This document shows positions 1-11,200 of a stretch of 64,000 bases of DNA, piece after piece; positions within the stretch are counted from its first letter, which is position 1, and each line of letters begins with the position of its first letter. Under the pieces are notes generated by a model. It had not been told where the DNA came from and did not search any database. It worked only from the letters and a program-made list of their open reading frames with translations. A program made the translations under genes and the position numbers. The DNA comes from Selaginella moellendorffii (Eukaryota > Plantae > Lycopodiophyta), in NCBI RefSeq assembly GCF_000143415.4, contig NW_003314342.1, positions 810,319-874,318 of the forward strand, written 5' to 3'.

Positions 1-756
1 GAGATCGACTGGCCGATGCTCCCAGTCCAAGTGTGGGTGGCACTACCTACTTGGATACCAGGCGTGGCTCAACGGAACCTCGCTCTAAGCCCATGGCTAG
101 AGCACCTAAAGGCGATAGGTGGGGAGAGTACCCAGGTGGCTCACGTAAGGCCACGGTGTTCCGAAATGTTGTCCCAAAGGCCCAGACTGTGGAAAGGAAG
201 AGGAGCAGTCCTCTGGGGTAGTGACCAAGGACACAGTCGTGTGGTGAGGAAGTCCCAGAGGACCGTGGGACTTAGTGGTCGGGCCTGTGGGTCTCGATCC
301 AGTGGCAGTGTTGGCAAACACGGCCAAGGGCAGAAAGGGACTTAGTGGGGACTGACAGAGGGATATTGGGGAAGGCTAATCCCCATGTCAGTGGGCATCC
401 TAAGGATGCTAAGGAGTGGATCTGGGATGATCACTCATGGATGGATGGCCCAGTCTTTGAGTGACGGGACTGGGATGCAGGTGCTGTCAGACCATCGGTG
501 TGACCAAGGTGAATGGGCATGGCCTTAGCGTAACGGGCCGGTACGTCGGTGGTACCTTGGGGTGTCGATCATGGGATCGGACACGTGGAGCACTTGGACC
601 AAGTGCTAAGGTTAAGTGGCATGGATGCCATTCTCGGGGCTGGCAAGCCCCAAGTTCTGAGTTGGACTTATGGAGGTTGTGAATGAGACTCCTCCAAGTG
701 GTTGAAGGTGTGGTTAAGTGACTAAAGTGAAATGGAAAAATTAGTCGCTTACAATT

Positions 757-768
757 TGGTATCGGAGC
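757..768 (+). promoter_or_regulatory. Primer binding site (tRNA-iMet type) of the LARD
   Basis: TGGTATCGGAGC, 3 nt after the LTR end CTTACA. One mismatch (G:U-compatible) to canonical TGGTATCAGAGC. Confidence 0.9.
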
Positions 769-3700
769 TGTTCCTTAGTCCGACTTTTATTGGTGCTCAA
801 GTATATCATCACTGGTGTTGGCAACGGAAGGTCCGAGAAGTGGGCCTATCCTTGAGGAGTAGCAGGTCGGGAAGACATGGCTCTCCATTACAGTTCATGT
901 GTGAACTTGTAGACAAGGTGGTGGATAGAAAATGGGCCAATAATGGAACGACTTTGGGATCTTGGGAACAGTGCAAGGTTTTCCTCATTGAGTTGAGGAG
1001 GTGATCCAGATGAGCGTTTGACTCAGCAAATGGGCCAATGTAGTTGTGGTAAACAACTAAAGTTGGGATCACAGGAAAGATAAAGACTCCAAAGCAATAA
1101 GGGAGTCACAAGATTATCCTCATATAGTTGAGGTTGGTGCTCATGAATGTGAGACCAAAAGTAATAACCATAGGAGGTCAAATACGGAAAAGGACTCAAG
1201 TCCTTGAAATGGTAGCCGGGGCTACCTTTAATAAATGCTGGAACAACCCAAGGAGTTGGGGGGTGTACTTAGAGATGAGTTGGTATTCTCATCACATGGA
1301 CAAGTAGTCCTAAGGGGCAGAGGTTGCCCCAGAGAACAAAAACAAGTGTCAGAGTAACATTTGTGAAAATAGTCCTTCTGAGTAGGACAGGAATGCAGGA
1401 AGTGTATTCCAGTGAGCTAGTGCCTCACAAGTGGGACCTTACGGGTCTGTGGATGAACCAAGTCCAAAACTGCTGGATGACTCAAATAGAGTCAAGGAAA
1501 GGTCCTAAAGGGACTGATTGAAGCATTTGGACTGAGGTGTGTTGTACCCCATGAAGGATGGGGGGGGGGGGATCATAGGATCCAAGGATGAGAATAGAGG
1601 GTATCTCATCAATGGCAAAATGTGCCATGCTAAAGTTATGGGAAAGGTGTTCCCAGAAGAAAACAACTTTGACACAAAGTTGTGTGTGACCTCTATGGTG
1701 CAGTGCTAACAGATGGTTGGCATGAGAAACAGCGGTGTTAGTCTTGGCAAAGACTTAAACACGAAGGGGAAGTGTCATAGAGGTAGGCTCGTGTAGCCGA
1801 TGGTGTGGAGACACCAAATGTGCCAAGGTGTGATACCTTGAGGCTATGTTGGTGGGTTCATGAGAACCCCTTGCCAAAGGAATCCCAATGGAAATGGGAA
1901 TGGCATAGCCTAAGCTGCAGAGCATGCAGTTGGAGTGTGGTGACCCAGATAATGATGGAGGTGTGAAAGCACCAAGCAATGAGTTGTAAGACTTGACAAA
2001 TATGAGGCAACTAAGCAAGAGGTGCAAAATAACTGGTTAAACGGGTAGAAGGTAGCTACCCAAGACTTCTAGCATAGGGAAGTCGGATATACCCTTACGG
2101 GGGATAAGTTGCTTACGTTGCGATATAGTAAGTCAATGTCATAAAAGGAAATACTCATTGTCAAGAAAGCCATCATTGGGACACCCGAACACTCTAGAAC
2201 ACCAGAAAGTGGTGTTTAATGGCGCGAGGGCAATGGATAAAGCCCAAGGGACTAAGTCCCTAGCGAATGATGGATAGAAGGTGCTATCCAAATGTCCAAG
2301 GTTGCGGAGACAGGAGAGGATTGTCTACCCAAGTTGGACAAAGCCAAGAATGGAATTTTGGCAAGGCTAGTGATGGGCATGTAAAGACCCATAAGCAACA
2401 ATATAATCCCAGTGTGTGGGATTATAAGGTGAGTATACCCGGATTGAGGAACCACTCCCTGGGCTATTGGGTAGGTTCATCCCTAAGAATACTTGCTAAG
2501 GCATGATAGAAAGTGCAAAGCTATCCTCCTAGTCTGGAGGAGAATGACCGAAGGGAAGGTGTGAAGCCAAAAGCAAGAAGTAAGGGGATAGAACCGAACC
2601 ACAGGAATTGACGGGCATAACCAAGGTTGGTTATGCCAGCTGGGAGTGGAGAATCAAGTGGGGGCTCGAGGGTGTTGCCGCTAGCAACCGTGATGCCATG
2701 GAGAGTCTAAAATATGGAATTGTCCATGTTAGACTATGTGGCAATTGGAAAGCTTGCAAGAAGGGAGGCCTTGGCAAGCTGAGGGACAGAGTTCCTTCAA
2801 GGTTCCCAAACACGATTCTAGGTAGCTTAGTACCTAGAAAGGCCAAGTGTAAATGGTTCATGGAACGCGCAAAATCAGAGTGGCGCAGCAGAAGCGTAGT
2901 CTTGAAGCTTGCCATGAGGCGAGGCTAGCAAGATTAGGGAAGTAGTTCCCGAGTGTTCAAAGAGAGGGCTTTGAACGAAAGTCGATGGTTAAGGACTTTC
3001 ACGCTTATACAGGAACCATGTTACAATGGTCGGAGGACTTGCCAAGTGAGATTGGCACGTCGGGGGAACAAAGACCCTAGTTGAAAGTGATAACTTCAAA
3101 AAGGGTGGGCCATGGGGCCGAGCATGGAGGAGTCCATGCATGATCACAGACATGTCAAGTGAGAGGACTTGGCAGTGTGGAGGAACTAGGTTCCTAAGCT
3201 GTGATCTATAGCGCGCTTTAAAAATAGGTTGGTGCACCGGCGTGGGGAGTCACGCCAGGCATCTTGTGTGATGCCGTCCGTAGATGCATATACGGAGGTT
3301 GGGTTCGAGTCCCGACCCTCTAGTGCTTGGGTTCAAGTCCCAAATCACTAGGGCGTGGTGATGGTTTGGAATATGAGGACACTCATATTTCGGTGGTCAT
3401 GGACTCTCAGTGGGGAGACTGGTTTGGGCACACCGCCAAGCGAGGGATGCCTCGGAGTCGTGATGCACGGTTAGATTGCTTAGTGTGAAAGCTCGGCATA
3501 TCTAACTTGAACACTTTGGTGCACGTGGCACCAAGGACGTGGTGAGTGAGATGGGGACACCTAATCTCAGTTGCTATGGACCCTTGGCCGGAAGGGCTGG
3601 CTTGGGCGCACCGCCAAGTGTGGGGGATGCCCCCGGGGTCGTAGTTAACAAGTTAAAGGTCTGGAAGACCTAGAACCTATTGGCAAACCTGTTAAGGTGC

Positions 3701-4860
3701 CAAGGTGACATCACTAGGTGATCTTGTGGCTAAATAAGGATAAGGTCCTTGTTTGGGCTAAGGAATAAGGTTCCTAGTTCAAAGTGTTGATTTGAACTAT
3801 TGATGATGGTGTGGCTTGGTCAAGGTGACCAAGTGGGAAAAGCATCTTAGGGAAATGAGCTATGTCATTGCGATGGCATAGTGTGTCCAAGGAAAGTAGT
3901 CTCTAAAGAGACCCATAGGACGGTCACAAAGTTGGGCTGTGGATAGAGCCCACTGCAGAAGATGCTAAAGAGACTTACTAGGGGTGAACACTCTAGTCTT
4001 GGCAAAGCAGAGCCTTTGCTAGGGAATCAAAAGAATACCTCAAGGAGGGAGGTAGAGATTCAGTGTTGCTTGGTGCAACAATCAACGGATAGGAGCAAAA
4101 GATGAGTGGCCAAGATAGGGCCGTGGAATCCCTTGGAAGGAATCCAAGTGGCAAAGTTAGGCGAGGAACACTAATGTGTTGGACGCTAAACAATTGTGGG
4201 AAAGGAAGCGAGTTTCCAAGGATGGATTCCGAATTGCTCCGGTTTGGCGAAAGGGGAAGCTCCGAGGGAGGGAGCGGTAAAGTAGCCAAATGATAGGGCC
4301 ATGGACAGCCCTAGCACAAAGTATGATAACTGGAACTTAGTGCCCAAGGTGGCACGAAATAAAAGAGAGGATGATGGTGCCCTCAAGTAGAGAACTTCCT
4401 AGGATGAGGGAGTGAAGTTGCACAATATGTGCAATGCAAGGTGTTGGAGACACCTAGGGAATTGACTTCCAGAAGTCAAAGAGTAAAAGTTCCAAGGTGC
4501 AAACGTTCAATCAATGGAAATTGAGACTACTCGAGAAGGAGTAGTGGTATTGACTTAGAGAAGGTTCTCTAAGAGGTTTAGCAAGAACTAAATCAATAAA
4601 AGGAGAGAACCACTGCATGTGGTCTAATCAGTCTCTAAGTTGGAGAGACTACCCTCCTTAGAGGATGGGAAAGGCATGGAGAGCCTTTGGTGTCAAACCA
4701 TTGACGAGTATGGAGAAGGCATGGTGAGCCTTCAATGTCAAACCATTGACGAATATTGGCTAGGTGCCAAGGATGGAAATGGTAACACATGCGGGTGTTA
4801 CTTTATAAAATGGTTTACCGTTCGATGAGGACATCGAACTTCGTCTATGGGTGGTGGAGT

Positions 4861-6516
4861 TGTGAGACACAAAATCCCTGGGCCCCAAAGTGGAGCCGGA
4901 AGGGTGCCACGTGGTAGTGGCCGAAGCGAGAGCCAAACGAGCGTAACACGTTTGGACCAAAAGCTCCGACTTGAAAAGTCAAGAGCGGGAGTGGAACTCC
5001 CAACGAAGTGCTCGAGGAATGAGCACGAAACGAGCCATAGGCGAGGCTCCAAAAAGGGACCCAAAAGGACCAACACATGACACGTGGAAGTGTCTGAGAT
5101 GGAGTCCGAGGCGGACCCAAAGTGGAGTCCGAGATGGAGTCCGAGATGGACCCGAGATGGACCCGAGATGGGATCCGAGATGGACCCGAGATGGACCCGA
5201 GATGGAGTCCGAGAAGGACCCGAGATGGAGTCCGAGGTGGAGTCCGAGATGGAGTCCGAGATGGACCCGAGATGGAGTCCGAGCTGGAGACCGAGATGGA
5301 CCCGAGATGGAGTCCGAGATGGACCCGAGATGGAGTCCGAGATGGACCCGAGATGGAGTCCGAAGTCGAGACCGGGACCAAGACCGAGACCAGGACCGAG
5401 ACCGAGACCGAGATTGGGACCGAGACCGAGACCGAGGCCGAGGCCGAGTCCGAGTCCGAGTCCGAATCCGAGTCCGATTCCGAGTTCGAGTCCGAGTCCG
5501 AGTCCGAGTCCGGAGCCTGAGAGGGTGAAAGCCCAAAGCGTTCGTCTCCCAGACCCTGGGGGGTTTGGTGAGCTCCAAAAGTATAGAAGGGGGAGGACTG
5601 CAGTGGAGCCAGTTTGGCCAGGAAAGGCCAGTTTGGCCCAGGAAGGCCGGACCCAGTGTTGGGTGATGAGCTGCCCACTGGGAAGTCCAAGACTAGAGTG
5701 AACACAGACCGACAAGCGGGGTAGCTTAGTGAAGTGTTCAAGAGCCGGCTCTAGTTCCCCCGGGAGATCGACTGGCCGATGCTCCCAGTCTAAGTGTGGG
5801 TGGCACTACCTACTTGGATACCAGGCGTGGCTCAACGGAACCTCGCTCTAAGCCCATGGCTAGAGCACCTAAAGGCGATAGGTGGGGAGAGTACCCAGGT
5901 GGCTCACGTAAGGCCACGGTGTTCCGAAATGTTGTCCCAAAGGCCCAGACTGTGGAAAGGAAGAGGAGCAGTCCTCTGGGGTAGTGACCAAGGACACAGT
6001 CGTGTGGTGAGGAAGTCCCAGAGGACCATGGGACTTAGTGGTCGGGCCTGTGGGTCTCGATCCAGTGGCAGTGTTGGCAAACACGGCCAAGGGTAGAAAG
6101 GGACTTAGTGGGGACTGACAGAGGGATATTGGGGAAGGCTAATCCCCATGTCAGTGGGCATCCTAAGGATGCTAAGGAGTGGATCTGGGATAATCACTCA
6201 TGGATGGATGGCCCAGTCTTTGAGTGACGGGACTGGGATGCAGGTGCTGTCAGACCATCGGTGTGACCAAGGTGAATGGGCATGGCCTTAGCGTAATGGG
6301 CCGGTACGTCGGTGGTACCTTGGGGTGTCGATCATGGGATCGGACACGTGGAGCACTTGGACCAAGTGCTAAGGTTGAGTGGCATGGATGCCATTCTCGG
6401 GGCTGGCAAGCCCCAAGTTCTGAGTTGGACTTATGGAGGTTGTGAATGAGACTCCTCCAAGTGGTCGAAGGTGTGGTTAAGTGACTAAAGTGAAATGGAA
6501 AAATTAGTCGCTTACA
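4861..6516 (+). repeat. 3' LTR of the LARD (1656 bp)
   Basis: TGTGAGACAC...GTCGCTTACA, preceded by purine-rich GGGTGGTGGAGT. The same termini occur on the minus strand at 25706 and 60333. Confidence 0.9.
5096..5511. repeat. Minisatellite inside the LARD LTR: 11/12-bp GAGATGGA(GT/C)CC units, then 6-bp CCGAG(A/T) units
   Basis: Directly visible tandem array. It generates the low-complexity ORFs in all six frames. Confidence 0.95.
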
Positions 6517-7257
6517 CAATTGTAAACCTTATCTCTCTCCCCTTAAGCCAACTGGAAAAGGGGCAATTGCTTAATGAGAGAGCCTTTAGTGGCCATTTAT
6601 CCCAATACGTACGATTTCAAATTTAGGGGTAGGAATATACCTTGCTCAAGGGTATATTATACTTTTAAGTAGCCACTAATAAATGGGAATCGAACCCATG
6701 CCATTTACTCCGATACCAACTGTAACGCACTTTATCTCTCTCCCCTTAAGCCAACTGGAAAAGGGGCAATTGCTTGATGAGAGAGCACCTTATCTCTTGT
6801 CAGGAATCCCCCAATTCTTGCCACATTCCTGACTCTCGCCGGATTCCTGACCTGCAGACCACATTCCTGACTCTCGAGACACTTCCCTATTCCTGACTCT
6901 CGAGACACTTCCCGATTCCTGAGTCTCGAGCCACATTCCTGATGATGATGTGGCGCCTCCTTGACCTCAACTATATTTAGGCCATCCTCGATCCAAGAGT
7001 GGTGGAGCTTCATCAACCTATAGTATATATATGTTAGCCTTGTTCTATTTCTCCACAATCGGAATCAACGCCAGTCTAAGGCCTCTTTTTTGTTTCCACT
7101 AGCTTTTTTCTTTGTCTTTTTGCATTTTCCAGTCTTGATCTTGTCAGGGGTCTTGACAGTTTGATTCAGATTGTGTTTTTTCGTTTTTTGATTTAGCTCG
7201 TTTTGATTGCTTGATTACCTTTGCCTTTTTTTGCCCCTTTTTTCTTTCTTCTTGCCA

Positions 7258-8229
7258 ATGGAGTCTCCAAGCCATCCTGATTTCTTTGCTGAAGTCCTTG
7301 CAAAAATCCAGTCTGAGAATACTGAGCTGAAGGCAACCCTTCTTTGCATGCAGCAGGAGCTTGCTTCACTTTCGGCTCAAGGATCCAGCAAAGTTCCTGA
7401 ACCGAAGGTGAGCTTCCCGGCGAAATTTTCAGGCAAGTGTTCGGAGCTTTGCGGATTCCTGAACCAGATGGAGTTGATCTTCGCACTTCAACATCGGCGG
7501 TACCCTACTCCCGAGTCTCAAATCGGCGCGATTGGGACGTTGCTTGAAGGTGCAGCTTTGTCATGGTTTTCTCCTCTTCTAGAGAAGAGCATGAAAGGGG
7601 TCGTGGTTCCAGAGCTGATGGATCTTCAATTGTTCAAAGAGAAGCTCGAAGCATGTTTTGGCGAGACGGATCGGGTTCGGGCTGCTACCACAAAGATGAG
7701 ACGTCTCTCTCAGGGGTCTCGTCCTGCCTCGATCTATGCTGCAGAGTTCCAACTCCTTGCTTTGGACACTCAGTGGGATGAGTGGGCCCTGATTGACCAA
7801 TTTCGTTTCGGCCTCAACAACGGTGTCAAGGATTTGTTGCTCACCATGGAGGATCCCAAGGACCTGTCGGATGCCATCAACAAAGCTGTTCGATGTGACA
7901 ATCCTCTCTTTGAACGTCGTCAGGAAAGTCGCCGCGCCGCTGTTTTTCCGTCCCAGACTCAAGAATCCTAGCTTGAGTCTTTGGGGCATACTCCTGAACC
8001 TACTGCTCCGGTTCCGATGGATATTTCTGGTACTCCCTGACTCATTAGAGGGAAGTTGAGTCCTGCTGAGAAGCAACGTCGAATATCTCATAATCTTTGC
8101 CTCTATTGTGCTGATCCTAATCACAAAGCAGCTGTATGTCCCAAGAAGCCTCCTCGACTGCTCGAGTTCACTCTGCCTCAAAGTCCACCTCTATTGCAGT
8201 CGGGAAACGACCCTGTCCAAACAGAGTAG
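7258..8229 (+). pseudogene. gag: gag (capsid plus CCHC zinc knuckle), two premature stops
   Basis: PEG10/DUF4939-like PAKFSGK..GFLNQMEL and LLEGAALSWF motifs. CLYCADPNHKAAVC knuckle at ~8098-8139. Stops at 7969 and 8038; natural stop at 8227-8229. Confidence 0.9.
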
Positions 8230-8286
8230 GAGCTGTCTGTTTGGACTCCCCGAATAAAAATCACTTTTCTTCTTTATCAAGCTCCT
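8202..8286 (+). promoter_or_regulatory. -1 programmed ribosomal frameshift signal (G GGA AAC plus stem-loop/pseudoknot)
   Basis: In-frame slippery heptamer at 8202-8208, 6-nt spacer, and an 11-bp stem GTCCAAACAGA/TCTGTTTGGAC. Loop AGGAGCT is complementary to AGCTCCT at 8280-8286. Confidence 0.8.
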
Positions 8287-11200
8287 CACCACCTTTCATC
8301 AAAGCCACCACCAATTCCCGCAACTTCCGCGTCCCATGTCTCCTTTCTTTCACCGGACAATCAGGACTCAAGGCTCTGGCGTTACTAGACTCGGGTGCAA
8401 CTTCCTGCTTCATGGACACGGACTTTGCTGCCCGACATCACGTTCCTCTTTCTCCTACCATACGGGATTTGAGGGTTGAAGGCATCGGCGGGCATTTTGT
8501 GTCTCCATCTTCTGGACTTAGGGAAACGTTGCCCGTTTGAGTACACATCGGGTCCACCGTCACCGATATCGCCTTCAACATCATCAACAACAAGTCCTCC
8601 TCTGTGGTGCTCGGTCTTCCTTGGTTCCAACTACATCAGCCTTAGATCTGTTGGAAGGAATTACAGCTCATCTCTCCCACGGCTTCCCCTGCTTTTCATC
8701 GAGTCCGAATTAGGAAAAGTTCCCTAAACTCAAATCGGGGTTCTGTTCCTGACTCTATTAAGTTTTCACCCTCTTCTTTTTCCTCTCTTCCATCTTCCAT
8801 TGGACCGTATCCTCGTCTCATCATTCCATTTAGTCGTACGCCTCCTCCTATCTCCACAATCACTATGAAAGAACTCCTTCATGAAGAACCTCTTTTTCTT
8901 TTTGCTTTGCATGTTTCTCCTGTCAGTCTTCCTGAGAAGTATCATGATTTTAGGGATGTGTTTGACAAGAAAAAAGCTAGTGTATTACCTGTTCATCGGC
9001 CTTATAATTGTCCCATTGATTTACAGGAAGGAGCGTCACCTCCGTGGGGGCCTATCTACGGGTTATCCCCGTCCGAGCTTAAGGCCCTCAAAGAGTACGT
9101 GGATGAGAACCTTGCCTTGGGCTACATTCAGCATTCGCAGTCCCCAGCTGGAGCGCCTGTCTTCTTTGTCAAGAAGAAGGATGGGAGCTTGCGGCTAGTC
9201 ATCGATTACCGAGGTTTGAACAAGGTGACTGTTCGGAACCGTTATCCGCTTCCCCTGATCTCGGACCTGTTGGAACGCCTCGGCGGTGCCCGCTTCTTCA
9301 CCAAGATCGACCTCCGTAGAGCATACAACCTGATCCGGATCCGGCCTAGTGATGAATGGAAGACTGCGTTCTGAACCCGCTATGGCCACTTCGAGTACAC
9401 TGTCATGCCATTTGGCTTGACAAATGCTCCAACAGTTTTCCAACATATGGCGAACGACGTCTTTCGGGAGTTTCTTGATCAGATGGTGATCGTCTACCTC
9501 GATGACATCCTCATCTACTCAAAAACTCAGGAGGAGCATGACGAACATGTACGCAAGGTGCTAGCGAAGCTGCGAGAACACGGCCTATACGCGAAGCTTG
9601 AGAAATGTTCCTTTGATCAGCAGTCTGTGGAGTTCCTTGGGTACATTGTCACTCCTAAGGGTATCACGATGGATCCTGCCAAAGTCAAGACTATTCTCGA
9701 ATGGGAGCCTCCACAATCAATGTCGGACGTTCAGGTTTTTCTTGGCTTCGCCAACTTCTACCGCAAATTCATTGATCACTACTCTGACATTGTCCTTCCT
9801 CTCACACATCTCACTCGCAAGGATGTTCCCTTCTCTTGGTCTGCTGCTGCCCAGCAGGCCTTCGACACACTCAAGGCGGCCTTCAGTTCTGCTCCTGTCT
9901 TGATCCATGCTGATTCCTCACAACCTTTCTTCATCGAGGCTGACGCCTCCGACTTTGCCATTGGTGCTGTGCTATCTCAACTCGGAGCGGATCACGAACT
10001 TCATTCGGTCGCTTTCCATTCTCGGAAATTCCAGCCTGCGGAGATCAATTACGAAATCCACGACAAGGAGCTCCTTGCCATCGTGGATTCCTTTGGAGAG
10101 TGGCGCCGTTTCTTGGAGGGGGCGAGCCATCAAACAACAGTCTGGACGGATCACAAAAATCTCGAGTACTTTGCCACTTCCCGAGTTTTAAGCCGTCGTC
10201 AAGCAAGGTGGGCACAATTCCTGAGTCGGTTTGACTTTGTTATCAAGTACAGACCTGGAAAGTTTCAAGGCCTTCTTGATGCTCTTTCAAGGAGCTCCTA
10301 TCTCAGTCTCAGGCCTGGTAATCCTGCCTTCGATCAACAGGATCAAGTTATCCTCGGTCCTGATCGGCTTCAAGTTATGGCAATTTCTCTGGCCCCTCAG
10401 GACTCCTCCTTGATGGATGCAATCAGAAACGATCTTCAATCCGATGATCTCGCTAGCGACATTTTCCCCCATCTTCAGGCTGGACACCCGGTGACTCCCG
10501 ACTGCCGGCGATTTGACGAGTTCGAGTTCTTAGATGGCTTATTGTACCGTGGGGAGCAGCTTTACGTTCCTAAAGGTGATGCTCGAAGGTTGGTTCTGAT
10601 GGCGTGCCACGATAGCCTGACTGCTGTTCACTTCGGCATTGCGAAAACCTATGAGCTAGTTGCACGGGACTTTTGGTGGCCTCACATGGACGACTACATC
10701 AAAGCTTTTGTTACCTCCTGTGACACTTGTGCCCGGAATAAGGTACCTCGCCACCTTCCTTCAGGTTTGCTTCATTCCCTTCCAGTCCCTTCAGGTCCTT
10801 GGGAATCCATCTCCATGGATTTCTTGAGTGATCTTCCGAGTTCTGGAGGCTTCAACAGCATTTTAGTCGTGGTGGATTGCTTCACAAAAATGGCGCACTT
10901 CTTGCCATGTACCAAGGAGTTTTTGGGCGAGGACATGGCAAAACTGGTATTCAGGGAAATTTTCCGACTTCATGGGATTCCTACAGATGTGGTTTCGGAT
11001 CGGGGGCCTCAGTTCATCTCTCATTTCTGGCAACGGTTTTTGCAGCTGCTTGGAGTGAAGGCCAACCTCTCTTCGGCATATCATCCTCAAACTGATGGGC
11101 AGTCCAAGCGAACGATTTAGACGTTGGAACAATTTTTGAGGTGCTTCATCAACTATCATCAGGATAATTGGTTCGATATCCTTCCCCTTGCTGAATTCTC

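Larger units (their letters stand above)
1..6516 (+). mobile_element. Non-autonomous LTR retrotransposon (LARD-like); 5' LTR truncated by the window start
   Basis: 1-753 is ~99% identical to 5764-6516 (about 7 differences by eye). PBS at 757-768 and PPT at ~4847-4860. 3' LTR is 4861-6516 (TG...CA). The 4.1 kb internal region has no long ORF and is collinear with the minus-strand copy at 25707-30135. Confidence 0.88.

Noticed and set aside
769-4846. Protein-coding genes in the LARD internal region
   Set aside because: Only short ORFs (about 100 aa or less) without recognisable domains. It may be heavily eroded gag-pol, but this cannot be supported.
5096-5362. Possible CRISPR array
   Set aside because: Contiguous 11-12 bp units with no unique spacers, eukaryotic context, and no cas genes.
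5517-5540. Hammerhead ribozyme/retrozyme (CTGAGAG-GGTGAAAGCC-CAAAG)
   Set aside because: Core is not CUGANGA, and GAAA is in the hairpin loop rather than after stem II. CTGATGA at ~6939 also lacks a matching GAAA/stem arrangement.
4798-5741. Long ORFs in all six frames (up to 305 aa)
   Set aside because: Artefacts of the stop-free minisatellite inside an LTR.
6683-6718. tRNA gene
   Set aside because: Only a T-arm next to a PBS; no acceptor, D or anticodon arms.
7969-11120. Stops repaired by U-to-C RNA editing or read-through
   Set aside because: Plant U-to-C editing is organellar; six stops in a nuclear transposon fit methylation-driven decay.
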